A stretch of DNA of 64,000 bases from Paraspadella gotoi (lineage: Eukaryota; Animalia; Chaetognatha). The notes under the pieces are model-generated. The model was not told the DNA's origin. It saw nothing but the letters and a program-made list of their open reading frames with translations, and searched no databases. The stretch covers positions 18,402,471-18,466,470 of the forward strand of contig CM119269.1 in assembly GCA_051294375.1 (NCBI GenBank), written 5' to 3'. Below, in pieces: positions 39,201 through 53,025 of this stretch. Position 1 is the first letter of the stretch. Every line of letters begins with the position of its first letter. Both the position numbers and the translations under genes were made by a program.

Positions 39201-42200
39201 CTCGCAGATCACCCAAACTATTAAATTATGTTCTTACAGAAAAACTTTTATTAGCAGATTAATTGAATTAAATGCATTAAATCATATTAAACAAATTTCT
39301 TAAACACAGAAGTCTAATTCATATTATAGTGTAATAAAGGAGTTACCAACATCTTGCGGGGTAAATAAAAGTTAAAAACTTTTAGATGATATGGAAAGAT
39401 AAGAAGAAAAATAAGAAAGTTGTTTAACTCTTTTATAATATTATCAGTATCAAGGTTTAGGATACAAGTAACAAACAAAACATCAATCCATATAAAAGCA
39501 AATTTTAAGATGATTAATTATACATATTGTTACTAAATTCAACAAAACTATCGCCGTGCTGCCAAACGCGAATGTCACCAGTAAGGGAACTCTTAATCAT
39601 TACATGCATAATTTAAATCCTTAACATTAGTAATGTTATTTCGTGTTTCTTAAAGGTATATTACCTAACCTAAATTGATTGGTTCTCTTTGTCGAGAAAC
39701 TTTGGGCAAGATAGCAGTGTGGACTCAATTATGAATGCGTGTTTCTTACAAAATTTAATTTTAACTTAATTAATATTAATCTAAAAATAGTTTTTAAACT
39801 AACCCATTATCCGTAGACAAAGTAGATCCTAAACCCGAACATTAACTAAGTTCCACTTACCTTTATCACTAAGCCTAACTTTTAACCTAGATCTTTAATT
39901 AAAAAGTTATGAACAAATTCGAATATAACCTTCTTTGATGTGTTTTATGAGTTACAAAGAGGAAATTGATTTTTGCTATACTGACAGACATTTGTTTTGA
40001 AAAAACAGACATGTTCGTTGGAATGAAACTGTATATAGTAAGGAAATAAGAAAGTTTCTCATTGCCTAATAAAAAGAAATTAAACTTGATTCTAATGAGG
40101 ATAAAATGGGGCCGTTCTGGAAAATGAAGACAATTTGAATGAGTGAAAAAAAAAAACTTCGACAAAATCAAAAATCAAAATTTGATTCGATTTTGCTAAT
40201 GAAAAAAAAATATTATGTGAAAAAAAAAATTCCATTTGAGAATAAAATAGGTTGTGTAAAATGAATTAAAAAAAAGAAATGGTAAAGAATTCTGATTTTT
40301 CGCGTTATTGGGAGCAAGGAAGGCAGCGGATAATTTAGTATACTGCATAAAGTCGAAGTCACATATTGTTTCAAAGGAATTCAAAAGTTTTAATACTGAA
40401 TTTTATGCGGTACAAAGTATATAAATATCACGGCCAAGCAATGGAAAACAACTGATTTATTCTTCTGCAATTTTAACAGAAAGAAATAAAGCCTTCTTTG
40501 AAAGATACGAAAATGGAAAACAATTGTTCAAAAATTGATATAATCCGAGGTGTTTAATATAAATTTCTTATGTCGCTTTAATGATATATATTAATTTTAT
40601 ATAAAAGCAATTCATTGTTAATGCAAAATTGTACAACCATATAAAAAATTATCCATTCATTATAAATAAGCTATCTTGTCCCTGACTGTATTGACAGCTT
40701 TGGTGGGTTGATATAATCAAAAGAAATTAATAAGTAAAATTAAAAACCACGAGTTACCTGTGAAACGTTCGAGTTGTTACGTCTTTAATATCTTCATGTA
40801 GCTCCATTGTGTATGTTGATTCGAGCAGCATGAGGGTGGCCACTTTTCGTGGAGGGCCCGTTTCATGGGGTGAAACTGATTTTGAGAACTGAGAAGACGA
40901 GTTGGCGTCTAGTTAGATGCGCCAGCGAGTCAGTGCAACCGGTTCGTTTGAATGCACAAAACCAAAAATTGACTCTGGCGCGGACCAACCAGAACGTTAA
41001 TATTCAACCAACGCGGAATTCCTTATATTGCTTCCTGAATTGAATTGAGAAAAATGTAACCAATGTACGTCAGGTTATAGTGGTCGCGAAACGTTGACTC
41101 GTCCAATNNNNNNNNNNNNNNNNNNNNNNNNNGAAGAACTCAATCTCATTTGAAATGAACCACAAATTATTCAGCTACAATACCTTAATAAATAAATATA
41201 AATAAATAAAAAAATTGATTAATAAATAAATAGTAAATGGCAGAATGAATAAAAAAAAATTAAATCAAGAAACGAATTTGAGATACGGCCATGCATCTTT
41301 GTAAAGCAAAATTAATTTTGTTTGTTTGTATCATTTTTTATGATAAATTGTCACACGTTGGTTATTTATTTATTATTTACTATACAACATAGAACAAAAT
41401 TTTGATGATAATAGTTCTGGTATCCGCATCCTCGCAAGTACTTGATCCGTGTTTCCAATTCCGGATTTCCTCCCGACCTCCAATCCTTTCCCAATCGGCT
41501 TAATTCCGTTTTTTTTTTTTTTTTTCAATTCCTTCTGAACGGAAATAAAAAAAAAATTCACGTTGCGAAAACTGCTGAAAGGTTCGCTCGGCGCCACGAG
41601 AGGGAAATCGGTGGACGTGGCGCTGATGAGATGGCGCCGCAGCGCTGATTAGATTGCTAGTAAGCGAAAATGAATGAACCGCTTTTGATGCGGCGTTTTT
41701 TAGAATAAGGGTTGATTGGACGCTTCACAATTATACAGTAGAGTTTAAACTCCTACTGCAGCGTATGACATTGGTTGTACTTGACTGGTTTCAAGCCAAG
41801 GACCCGTTCTGTTGCTGGCGAGGATTGGCAAAGATGTTAGTGATAGTATTCTTCAGCCCACTTAGCGCCTTATCCACAGGCTAAACTGCTGTACCAGCTT
41901 GCCGTCTTATATTGACTGAGGATTGCATCGAACCTGATCGGATGTCGTATCAATGGCAATTCACCAAAATATAGAATTGCATTTTATGATGCGATGAAAG
42001 TTTTCGGAGGCAGCTATTGGTTGGCTGAAGTTGAGTGACTGGCGGATTTCTGCGGTCCTGACTGATTGGTTGAGACTTAAAGGCTTTCAAGAGGCGAAGA
42101 ACAGGAAATTGGGAGATGGAGTAACGGGAGGGGCGTGATCTCTGCTCCGAAAGGAAAATGAATCCCGCCTCATAATCGGATTAAATCTTGCCTCTTTTTT

Positions 42201-42279
42201 TTTTTGGATCTTTTTTTGGGAGGCGGTTATCTCGGCTTTTTGTCCTACGCTTTAATCTTTGTTTTTTTGCCTTTTTTTT

Positions 42280-45040
42280 CGAGCACGCCTCGCACATAGG
42301 CCCGGCCAACGCCATCGCAGTTCCGCTTCTACCAGCTTGCCACTCCAGCCCGGATTCAAAGGGAACGTCAACCGCAACAACACGATAAATAAAACAGAAA
42401 CCGCCGCTCAAACTCTGCCACTCCGAGAAAGGATCTCGAACTCGATCCAACGCTGTTAGCACCAATTCAATGCGCCGTGCAGGCAGGAGCTCCCTAGAAG
42501 TAGCGTGTATCAAGTCGCTTTCGGCCTAGGAGGACCGCTCTGATCCACGCACGACCGGTGGTATCACTGAATCCATGCTTCCCAGCAAGCATTGCGCCCA
42601 CGTCAGTGACGACGCGAATGCAGTCCGTCGCAGGAGGCTTGCGCGCACTCCTTTTCCAGGGACGAGCTTCACAGCGGTGACCTGAGCGAGGCTGCCAGAT
42701 GTCTCGCATCCATCCATCATATCATTAATGGTGAAGAAGTCAGGTGTTATGAAGGATCTTTCCTGCGTCTCGATTATTCGGCACTACTCTGAGAATAACG
42801 AATCTCCCTTTCAGGTCCGATAATGGCCGACAAAAGTCTGGTCGGCCTGTAGTATCTGTTCGGATTCCGTGCCTCGTCTCCAAGCGCACGTGCCAAGCCC
42901 GTTCGAACGGAGCTACACAGAAGGGGTTGCCCCGCGAGAGTCTCTGCTTCATCGCCATACCACTGGGGATCCGTAATCACCGGGATCACCTGTACGTCAG
43001 AGAGAGAACGTCGTGGATGACGGATGCAAGGCGTTCGTCGCAAGGGAACCGCCCTAAAGATTGCGGAGTTGGCAATTCTCCTTCCAACGGATCTTTCCGT
43101 CAGGATCGCCGAGACCTGTCAGGAGGCAACTCCCTCCATCGATCTTTTCTGCGGACGAAGGACCGACGCCAGTGCGCCCGCTTCTTTCTCTTGGAAGAGC
43201 CGGCAACGGCCAGCCAACGAAGTACGTCGCCGAGGACCGACTCACCCAGAAAGTATCCGAGATCACGGCAACAGGAAGGTCGTGGACACGCCCTGCGCCC
43301 AGATTTGGGATCTTGCGATCGCCAGGCATTTCTCTTTCCGTCCACCACCTCCTCTCCTCCCGAGCGTTCAAATCCGGAACGGAGTAGTCGTCGGGGCGAA
43401 TCTTCCTAGCTGACTCGTCCCTTTCTGCGCCAGAAGCCCAGAATGTGAGTTCCCCCTGTTGATTGGAACCTGAAGATTCTGCGAGGCTCGGGACGCCTTC
43501 CGGTCACACCGACACCGGATGATCGCCGAGACGCCGTGGTCATCGAACCTCAGGGCCACAGGGATCTCCCGCCGACCGCAAGACACAGACCCGTCTCAAG
43601 GCTGGTTCGTTTGGCAGATTCTTCGCAGCGGCGTATCGCGAATGACCTCGACTATAGACCTCAGCCGACTCGCGCCCTTCAGACATCGACGCCGACAGCT
43701 GGAGCAGGCTCGACGCGAGATCGTTACGCTCGAGCCTTGGACCTCCTTCTCTCTATTCCTTCACAATGATAAGGAAGTTCGAGCGACTTGAACGCGCCCA
43801 GTCAACCCGTGGTCTCTGGAAGGATGTTCGCGGCAGCTACTAGCCATCTCGCTTGGGAGTTAGGCCTTGTCGTACAGCCACTGGGTGAACCTTGCAACGC
43901 CGCGCTCAGCGATTTCGGCCACACTTGCCGGCACAGGCAGTGATTCGATACTCGGTGGGGGTAACACTCACCTCGTTCGACGTCTTCTCAAGACCGGGAC
44001 ACTGTCGAGCGAGGACCAGAGCTCCCCCTTACTCCCCCGGCCGGATGTTTCCTCCGTCCGATGCGCGTGGTTCTACCGCCAGAAGAGGATTGCGAGAGAT
44101 CCTGAGCTTGCGGGCACAAAAGCTCTGTAACGCGAACGAAGACGGAAAGGGCACCTCGCGCCGAACCGTCCGCCGGCGTCACGGTCTTCAAACGGCCAGA
44201 ACGCTCTCTTTTTTCTTTATGTGCAACCTCGCTCTATCTGCCAGTAAGAGGCCGCGTGAGGATAGTCTGGTCCAGCCGCTCAAGTCAGTGAATCAACGTC
44301 CCACTGATTCGCTCGCCGCGGAATCATGCTGCGTAATTTGTTTCGATCCAAGGCTTTCCAAGACAGATCGCGTGCGGCACTAGGGCCCGTCTCCCTCAGG
44401 TGGGACGCCCGCCGGCCGTCATCGCGTTTGCCCCATTGCGGCTATCTGAGGAGTTGGCTTCGACGTCCGCGAATGGAGTATTAGCGCCCGTCTCACGTTT
44501 TTCCTTTCTGCGCCCCATTCGCCTGCCCTATCTACTGATTCCCGTTTATTCGCAGCCTCAACGCGTACGTCTGCGCCGATCCTAAAGCGCGCTCTTTTAT
44601 TTCGGAGGCGAATAGTCTTACGAAGAGCGCTCCGCCAGGATCTCTCACCTCGGGCCATGGCCGCAGGGGTCTCGGAAAAACGCCTTAATCGCCCCGCGGT
44701 CGTCGCATCTCGGCCGTCATCTCAGGACCCGAGACATTGGTCAGGAGATTCAGCACCTATCTCTCCCGGTTTTACCTGCAGGGACGCTCTCCCATGCAGG
44801 CGCCTTCGTTTGGCGTTATCCTCGCCGCCGGACTTAGTTGACGCTCCCCCGCTCCAGACAGCATCTTCGACAGAGTAGAGCTGATGCAGCGTCGGGACGG
44901 GCCCTGCAGCAAGCTCTGCTATGCCGCTGAAGGCCGGCGAGAAGTATTTTGTATCGTTGACTTTTAGTTCTGTTTCACATTTGTCTGGTACACCAGCCGC
45001 GGTGTCTCGCCTTTTGGGGGCAGACAAAAGCAGCTAATGT
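42280..45040 (-). other. Compositionally foreign GC-rich island, probably frameshift-ridden coding DNA of unknown origin
   Basis: No microsatellites or long homopolymers, single copy in the window, protein-like fragments on the minus strand. Confidence 0.4.
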
Positions 45041-46559
45041 GGCACAACGGGGTTTCGATAAGAATCCATAATGAATCCATTCAGAATACAGATTGTGCGT
45101 CTTTCCCTCTTTACTTCTCAGAGCTACTTATTGCCACCTTTATGAACACAAAGGAAGAGGGGCTGGTCTATTCGGCAATAAACCAAATTAAAAAAAATGA
45201 AAAAATAACCTGTAACTCAATTTGAAACTAGAAACAAATAATCTCCTCCAATACCAAGAAATTGTGGAAAATCTCAAAGACGATTTTTCCCGTCATTCTT
45301 TCACTTGACTAGGGTATACAGCCAATCTTATTTGCCTCTAACCTTCTACTACGTTGCGAGTCTACGGAAAAAAAAAAAGAAATTCTTGCGAAGGAAAGCA
45401 AACTCAGAACAGGAAATTTAAGTACTTGTAGAATCCTGAAACCATCCTAATTTTTTAAAAATCGAGCAAGTTTTCGAGTACAAGAGTAGATGTAAAAGGG
45501 CAGTATCTCAATAAAATGATTTCTTCTAACTTTTCCTAGATAGTTAGAACAAAATTTTTGATAAGATAATAGCTGCTGGTATCGCTCGATGCCTTCGCAC
45601 AGTACTTGATCCGTGTTTCCAATTCCGGATTTCCTCACCTACGACTTCCAATCCTTTCGCCAATGCGTCGAGCATTAATTCGTCTTTTTTTTTTTTGTTT
45701 TTTTTTCAATCCTTCCTCTGAAGGCGGAAAATGAAAAAAAGAAAATTCAGCGTGGCGAGTGAAAACTTGCTTGAAAAGGTTCGGGTCGCTCGGAGCGCAC
45801 ACGAGCAGGGAAATCGGTAGTATGGACGGGGCCGGCGTTGAGAGAGATGGCGCCGCCAGCGTCCAGACATTCCAGACTCCGTGAATTCACGAATTGGGCT
45901 ATGCGCTTCGTAACGCGAAAAAAAGCGAGCATCACAAGGATATGAACCGGGCCGCTCTTGCAGGTTTGATCGCGTTTTACGTATTCTCTTCATTGTTTTT
46001 CTATAGATCATTCAAGTGGCTTGAATTGGACGCATTCACAATTTATACAAGTAGAGTTAAAACTCCTACTGCACGCGTTAATTTGCGGTGTATGACATTG
46101 CGGTCGTTATTGACTGGTTTCACAGCCGTAAACGGACCCGTTCTGTAGTTTTGCTGACAGCGCGTTCATAGACGTATCCGGGCAAAGATCGTAGTGATAG
46201 TATTTACTCAGCCCACCTTAGCGCCGTATCCCACACGTGTCATAACTGCTGTTACCAGGCTTGCCGTCTTATACTTGACTGAGGTACTTGCATCGAGGAA
46301 AACGGAAGAATGAGTCGCTAGCACCTCACTGATACACGATCCCATACTCGAGCACTCTGCCGCGTCTATCTTGATGAAGAAGTCAATGGAAGAGGCAGAA
46401 TATCAACCGAAAATTAATATAAGAATCACAAATTTGTATGAATGCGAATTGAGAAAGAGATGTATAAATCGGAAGAGAGAGCTTCCGTTTGTTCACGGCG
46501 ACCTTCTTACGAGTGTCCTTGGTGCCCTGCGCCTCGTTTAACCAGACGTTGAAAACTGA

Positions 46560-49200
46560 ATATCCTCTTTCTTTTGAAATTCTTTTCTTTTCTTCCCCAA
46601 AAGCAACTAAGACACGCCCTACCCAAAACACTTCCTCTGTTCCCGCCTATCGGTTTCGCCCGCCCATCCCCCCGAGAAAAAAAAAATATTCCCCCGGACC
46701 TGTGCGCTCTTCCTCTCCTCCCGCCTTCTCGTCATGTCCCGCTCTAATCTGCGATCTCGACACTGTCGCCTTTGACCGACAAGAGACAACGACGCCGCGT
46801 AAATTACGGATTCCGTTCGGGACGCGACCGAAAAGGAACCGTCGCCAGCGTCGCGGTCGCCGCAGGGCGCTGGCCGAACAATCCGCCGCCGCCGGGCCCC
46901 GACCCGGTCCCTCGATAACCCGCCTGGATTCCCGTCATTTTGGTTGAGACTTTATTCCTAAGGGCTTTCAACCGAAGAAAGCGATAAGAAAACTTCCAAG
47001 GAATCAATTCGGAGATGGAACAAAAAACACAAAGTAACGGCAGGGTGTGATCTTAAACTGCTAAACCGAGAAAAACAGAAAAGTGGTGCCCGGGTGGTGG
47101 TATATGCCAAAGATGGGAATCCACTTTCCCCCGAATAAACCGACCGACCCGGACCACAACGGACGACCGACCGAAAAACCTCCCCAATTAAATCAACCTC
47201 CTAACTCGGCATCGTATTAATAACCTTGCCTCTTTTTCCGTACTATTACATAATTCGCGATCCCATTCCTTTTACTCCTGACTCGTGAGAAACCAGTGAT
47301 GAAGCCTAATTTTATGGTATTGATTTTCTCTGGGGGCGCCAGCCGCTCTTTCGGGGGCCGACTAGCACAATTGACCGACCGACGACGATCCGGACTCCTC
47401 CGATAATGAGAATACCCATGGGCCAGTAGGACCTGACCTGGTCGACTCAGTTGTAATCGGCAGAGTTATCGTAGCGGCTTTTCGTCTACGCTTTAATCTT
47501 AACATCCGTGTGTTGTTGTTTTTGGCCCCTTGCCCTTTTTTTTTCAGGGTTTATGGAAATCGAGATTTTTTTACAATGGTCCTGATAATCTTTTAATGGT
47601 GCATTGTCTCTCCTCTCTCTCTCTCTCTCTCTCCCTTCTACGTCTTTTCTCGTAGCTTCTCGTGCCTCGCTCCGCTCCTCACAGACGCGATCTCTCGTTA
47701 TTTTTTAGCTTCGTTAGTTTGAAATTCCCTTACCTATTCATCCCATTCTCTCTCTCTCAATAGCGTCCGTGCTCTCTCTCTCTCTCAGGTTACTCCTGTC
47801 GTCGCGATTTGTATTCTCGATCTCCACCTTATTCTTTTTTAGGGCTGATGATCTGGGGCGCTTAGGTGAACTCAGTACATCGGGTTTGCTGCTTACAACT
47901 TTCCTTCTATTATTCGTTCCGGAAATTCGATCCGTCTTTCCTTCTCTCTCCTGACACACCCGGCGAGTCAAGACCAACCGCTGCTGCTTCTCTTCTCTCT
48001 TGGCTCTCTCCTCCTCTCTCTCCTCATTCCTCTCTTATCTTTGTGGCCATCCCTAGGTATAATACAAGTTTAAAGTTATACATATGTAAACGATTTGTAA
48101 TATTCTATAATATCATATCATTAAAAAGGAAAGTGTCAGCCTTTCGATTTGTACATCTCCCATGTCTATAAAAACCCCGTCTACTAGGCGATCTCTCATC
48201 ATACTTCTGCTCTCTCTTCTCTACATTTCTCTATCTATCCCTGACTCTTGAGACTACCCCTATCATTTGGCACTCGCAAAAACTCATGAATGACCGCACT
48301 CTTAATTTTATTTCCTTAGATACCTTTGGTACCAGTAAGTAGTAACCATAAAAGTATAGATCTATTCATTATTTATTTTCTCTCCCCATTTTCTAACCCA
48401 TCTAACATCTTCTCCACATCGCGCCTCTCTCTCTCCCAGTCTCTCCCTTCTCCATCCTTCCCTTTACTAACCCGGAACACCTTTCGGCAGCTTCTGACAC
48501 CTATGGCATATAGATAGCCTGTTCTTTGGAGACGCCTGCTGGCTGCCAAGCACTGTCTCGTATTGCGTCTGCGACTTGTGTTTGCTGAACCATAAAGCGC
48601 GTTAGCACCTATTGTCCTAATGAATGGAGAGGATAACGTGAAAAGATTGAATGGAACTTAATCCTCGAAAGGTGAAAAAGAATAGTAGGTTCCGATAAGT
48701 AAAGAAATAAATGTAGTATATTATAAATATGCATAATAGAAACAAGGGAAGCGAAATTACCCCATCAAACAGCCAATTGATGGAATCCTCATTCACCCTA
48801 ATTGCAGTCAAAGGCCTTTCATCAAAACCGGCGGACAATAACCCCTTAACCCAAGTCCTCCGAATGTCAACTGATTAAGAAAGGGATATCTCTTCTTGTT
48901 TTCTCCCTTTTTTTCATGGTTTATTATTGTTATTCGCTCATCACGTCTAGTCCAGTAGATTCTTATTTGAATACAAAATCGATAAAAATTTCCAAGTACA
49001 CAAAAATCTGCAAGTAAATCTCGAATATCAACCGTTAATTCCAATATCAAGCTATCCCTGTCAAACCATCCCCCTTGTCACATGGCTGCTACAAATTTTT
49101 GAACACTGACTCCCACTGGGTATAACACCATCCACAACTACGAAATACACGAGTTCAAGACATGAACCCGATCAAATCAAATATATCCTCATTGCTTATG
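46560..49200 (+). repeat. Very noisy, raw-read-like copy of parts of ~57765-59300
   Basis: Recognisable anchors (CCCTACCCAAAA, ACGGATTCCGT, ATTGATGGAATCCTC, AGGCCTT.CATCAAAAC) separated by insertions. Confidence 0.65.
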
Positions 49201-49234
49201 TGTCAGACTAATTACAAGGATGGTATCCACACTC

Positions 49235-51346
49235 CCAGGTTCCTCTGTCTCTTTCTCTCTCTCTTTCTTTTATTCTCCTATCCGGTGTTAGATATATAAA
49301 GAAAAATAATTATTTATGAAACCACGAAAATAACGAACTATGTACTTACTATATATATCATGAAAATGGTACAACCAATATAAAAATTATCCGTTGATTT
49401 AATAAATAAGCTATCTTGCCCTTGACTTTGGATAATGACATAATGACATAATGACATAATGACATAGCAGGTCCTTGCAAGCTTTCAATCAAGACTCCTT
49501 CAGTCTTGTTTACTCAATCCCAGAGTACCTGGATTTCTTATCAATGAAGTGGTTTAATTTTTCAAAGAATGTTTCAATTGAATGAAAAGACCACTATTTC
49601 ATATCATAATTTCTCAGAACAATTACGAACAAAAAGTTATTTAATCCCTTCCTTTCGACTTAGTAGATAAATCTAACAAATTCTTAATTGGAATTAACAT
49701 TGGTGATGATAATCAACCCTTACTTTTTGGTGTTTTTTTTGCAGTGAAGAAAATATCGACGAGTCGACATCCTGTCAAAGTTGGTCTTTCCGACGCCTAC
49801 ATCATGAGTCCATCATCTTCATGAACATTCGTCGAAGAACCGTTTNNNNNNNNNNNNNNNNNNNNNNNNNTCCAGTTAATGGAAAACATTTTCATGGTTA
49901 ATTCTATTCTCTCTCTCTCTCTCTCTCGCGTCCGTCTCCGCTCGCTCTCTCATCTCTCTCTCTCTCATTCGTCTCTTATTTTTTTGATGGTTATTTCTAC
50001 TTTCTATTGCTCTCTCTGTCTCCTTCCCGTTTCCATCTGTCTAGTTTATCACTCACCATTTTTCTCTCTTTTAATTTCATATTTTTTCTCTCTCTCTTTT
50101 TCCTTTTAATTACATGTTTCTAACTCTCTCCCTCTCCTCTCTTCCTCTCTATTTCTTCCCTAGAGTCACTGTATTTTTCATTAAGTTTTTATGGTTATTT
50201 ATTATCAGATTCTATTAGGGGAAAAAAGACCTGAAGTCTAGGCAAGGGGCTTTCGGTCTTTCTCGCATACATCTCCTCTCTCTCTCTGTCCAACATCCAG
50301 AGCAATGCAGGTAGCGATGCTGTCAATCGTTCGTCTCCTCGGAGTCATTCAATCACTCAGCTCTATTTGGTTTATGGTTATTCGTTCGTAGATGTCACTG
50401 ACAGTATCGTGCTCGGCGATTAGTCTCCTCTCGCGCGAGGATTGATTCTCAGTCATGTCGTGTCTCCTCTTCTCTCTCTCTTCTCTCTCTCTCTCTCTAT
50501 TCTCCATCTTATTTTTTATGGTTATTCTATTCTACTTCTCATCTCTCTCTCTCTCTCATCTCTCTCTCTCTTCTCTCTCTCTTCTCCTCTCTTCTCTCTC
50601 TCTCTCTCAACCCCTTTCCTACTTTCTTTCTATTTCATTTTCTCCTCTTGAACGATTTCAACGGATTCCGAAACCGTTCTTCAACATTTTCGCTTTTCTC
50701 CCCAAATTATCTCATTTTCAATATTCAGAGTAATTCCCGGGTTCCTCTGTCTCTTTCTCTTCTCTCTCTTCTTTTATTCTCCTATCCGGTGTTAGATATA
50801 TAAAGAAAAATAATTATTTATGAAACCACGAAAATAACGAACTATGTACTTACTATATATATAACATGAAAATGGTACAACCAATATAAAAATTATCCGT
50901 TGATTTAATAAATAAGCTATCTGGCCCTTGACTTTGGATAATGACATAATGACATAATGACATAGACAGGTCCTTGCAAGCTTTCAATCAAGACTCTCTC
51001 AGTCTTGTTTACTCAATCCCAGAGTACCTGGATTTCTTATCAATGAAGTGGTTTAATTTTTCAAAAGAATGTTTCAATTGAATGAAAAGACCACTATTTC
51101 ATATCATAATTTCTCAGAACAATTACGAACAAAAAGTTATTTAATCCCTTCCTTTCGACCTTAGTAGATAAATCTAACAAATTCTTAATTGGAATTAACA
51201 TTGGTGATGATAATCAACCCTTACTTTTTGTTTTTTTTTTTGCAGTGAAGAAAATATCGACGAGTCGACATCCTGTCAAAGTTGGTCTTTCCGACGCCTA
51301 CATCATGAGTCCATCATCTTCATGAACATTCGTCGAAGAACCGTTT
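49235..51346 (+). repeat. Near-exact direct duplication 49235-49845 / 50737-51346, including exon 7 and an (ATAATGAC)n array of 4 versus 3 units
   Basis: Direct sequence match. Confidence 0.9.
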
Positions 51347-51359
51347 ACGAGTATCACAG
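51246..51359 (+). CDS. PLXDC: PLXDC exon 7 ([39 protein letters not shown]; one base missing)
   Basis: TTTTTGCAG acceptor, AG|GTAATC donor. Contains the [10 protein letters not shown] and RRRT.YEYHR PLXDC motifs. Gap-truncated duplicate at 49745-49845. Confidence 0.93.
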
Positions 51360-52521
51360 GTAATCACGAAATAACAGGAATGGTTTAAGTAATTTAGGCT
51401 CATTCATAATAATATGACGTGAATAAACGAATGGAAGATACTAGCATGGGAAAAAACGAGTATCACAGGTAATCACGAAATCACAGGAATGGTTTCAAGT
51501 AATTTAGGCTCATTTCATAATAATATGGCGGTGAATAAACGAGTAAACGAGTGAATAAACGAGACTGTGAGAGGGTCTTGATTGAAAGCTTGCAGTGTTC
51601 TGCTATGTTATTATCTCGTAAGTGTGATGGAGGCCTTAAACCACCATAGTCTGTCCAATCCGACATTGTTTGCTCAAACTTATTTATTTTTTATTCTAGG
51701 AATTATCCCAAAATATAAAGAATAATTTTTAATCGTTACTTTATTAATAAATGATAGTTTATGCTTCCCCAACCAATGCACTTTCCTATTTGTTATCACG
51801 AAATAAATAAAAAAACAATCAGAATAAAATATTTCATCTAGATCTGCGTCAAAATCATGTGCCGCATATTTTTAATCAATAAAATTGTTATTCAATTCCG
51901 ACCTACATTTTTCGAATTTTTCAAATTAAAAGCAATCTATGATGCTATATTTATGTCATTCATTATTCTCTGACCTCATTTTTTTCCCTTGCCATCTTCT
52001 TTTTCCCTTTCATTTCTGTTTTTCCCTCTTTTTGTTCCCGCATTACCAAACAATCATCTCCTATACTCTATGGTTTAATGTTTTTTGGTAACATCCCTGC
52101 TAAAGGACCCTGTACTTTGTATTCCCTGTATTCCATTTCCTCCCAGTGGCGTGTTGGGAATCGCGGGCCCTCATATCATTTCTCAGGCGGCCGGGCCGCT
52201 CTGGAAGCCAAGCTCATTCCACTCCCTAGGATTATCCTCCGGCGACGCCCACGTTGCGCACCGCGAGCGTCATTTCTCACATATTAGTTTAATACTATGA
52301 ATACTTGGATTCATTATCAACTTTTCACAAGCAATTGGTTGTAGCAATTTCATATAAATAAACTGACATCTATTTATTACTTATTTTTTAACTAATTTTT
52401 TTTTAACCTATGAACTTTTGCCTACCCCCTCTACTCGCTCCCCCCAACTTCTTCCCTAACACCCTTCATTCCTCGACCCTTCTCATAATCCCCACCCTCT
52501 CCGCTCCAATCCCCACCAAAG

Positions 52522-52785
52522 GCATCACCGAAGACGACATCGAGATGTTCTACTGCGTCTGGGAGAAGTTACGACCCAAGGCGACCCAGTACATGTCGTA
52601 CACCCAGCTGAGGACTTCTGGCGGATCTGGACCCGCCGCTTGGGATGGCCAAGCCCAACGCCATTGCCATCGCCGCCTTCGAACTCCCGATCAAAGAGGA
52701 GAATCTCATCCATTGTCTCGACATCCTCTACGCTGTCGTCAGGCATCTTCTTGGGGCGATAGAGGAGTCGGAGGAGTTCGACGAG
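52522..52785 (+). CDS. Nav2: Voltage-gated sodium channel alpha subunit (Nav2/DSC1-like), C-terminal EF-hand-like exon
   Basis: After about three indel corrections: GITEDDIEMFYCVWEKYDPKATQYMSYTQLEDFLADLDPPLGMAKPNAIAIAAFELPIKEENLIHCLDILYAVVRHLLGAIEESEEFDE. These are the Nav motifs EDD..MFY..W..DP.ATQ, LDPPL...KPN and IHCLDIL. Nav2 rather than Nav1 is judged by eye only. Confidence 0.9.
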
Positions 52786-53025
52786 GTGAATGGGTCGGTC
52801 GGTCCGTTTTTTTGTCTTTGGTCTCTCTCACTTCTTTCTTTATATATTATATATATGTTGGAGATGATTTTATGAGAATCGCCAGTGGGCGGAAGGTGGA
52901 CTCACGTCAAGGGGAGCGAAGTACGCATCTCCGACATATAATTTTTCCTTTACATTTTCTCCCCTTCTCCCCTCCAATGATCCCTTCATCCCTTCATCTC
53001 CTATACCCCCTTCTCTTCCCAAAAG

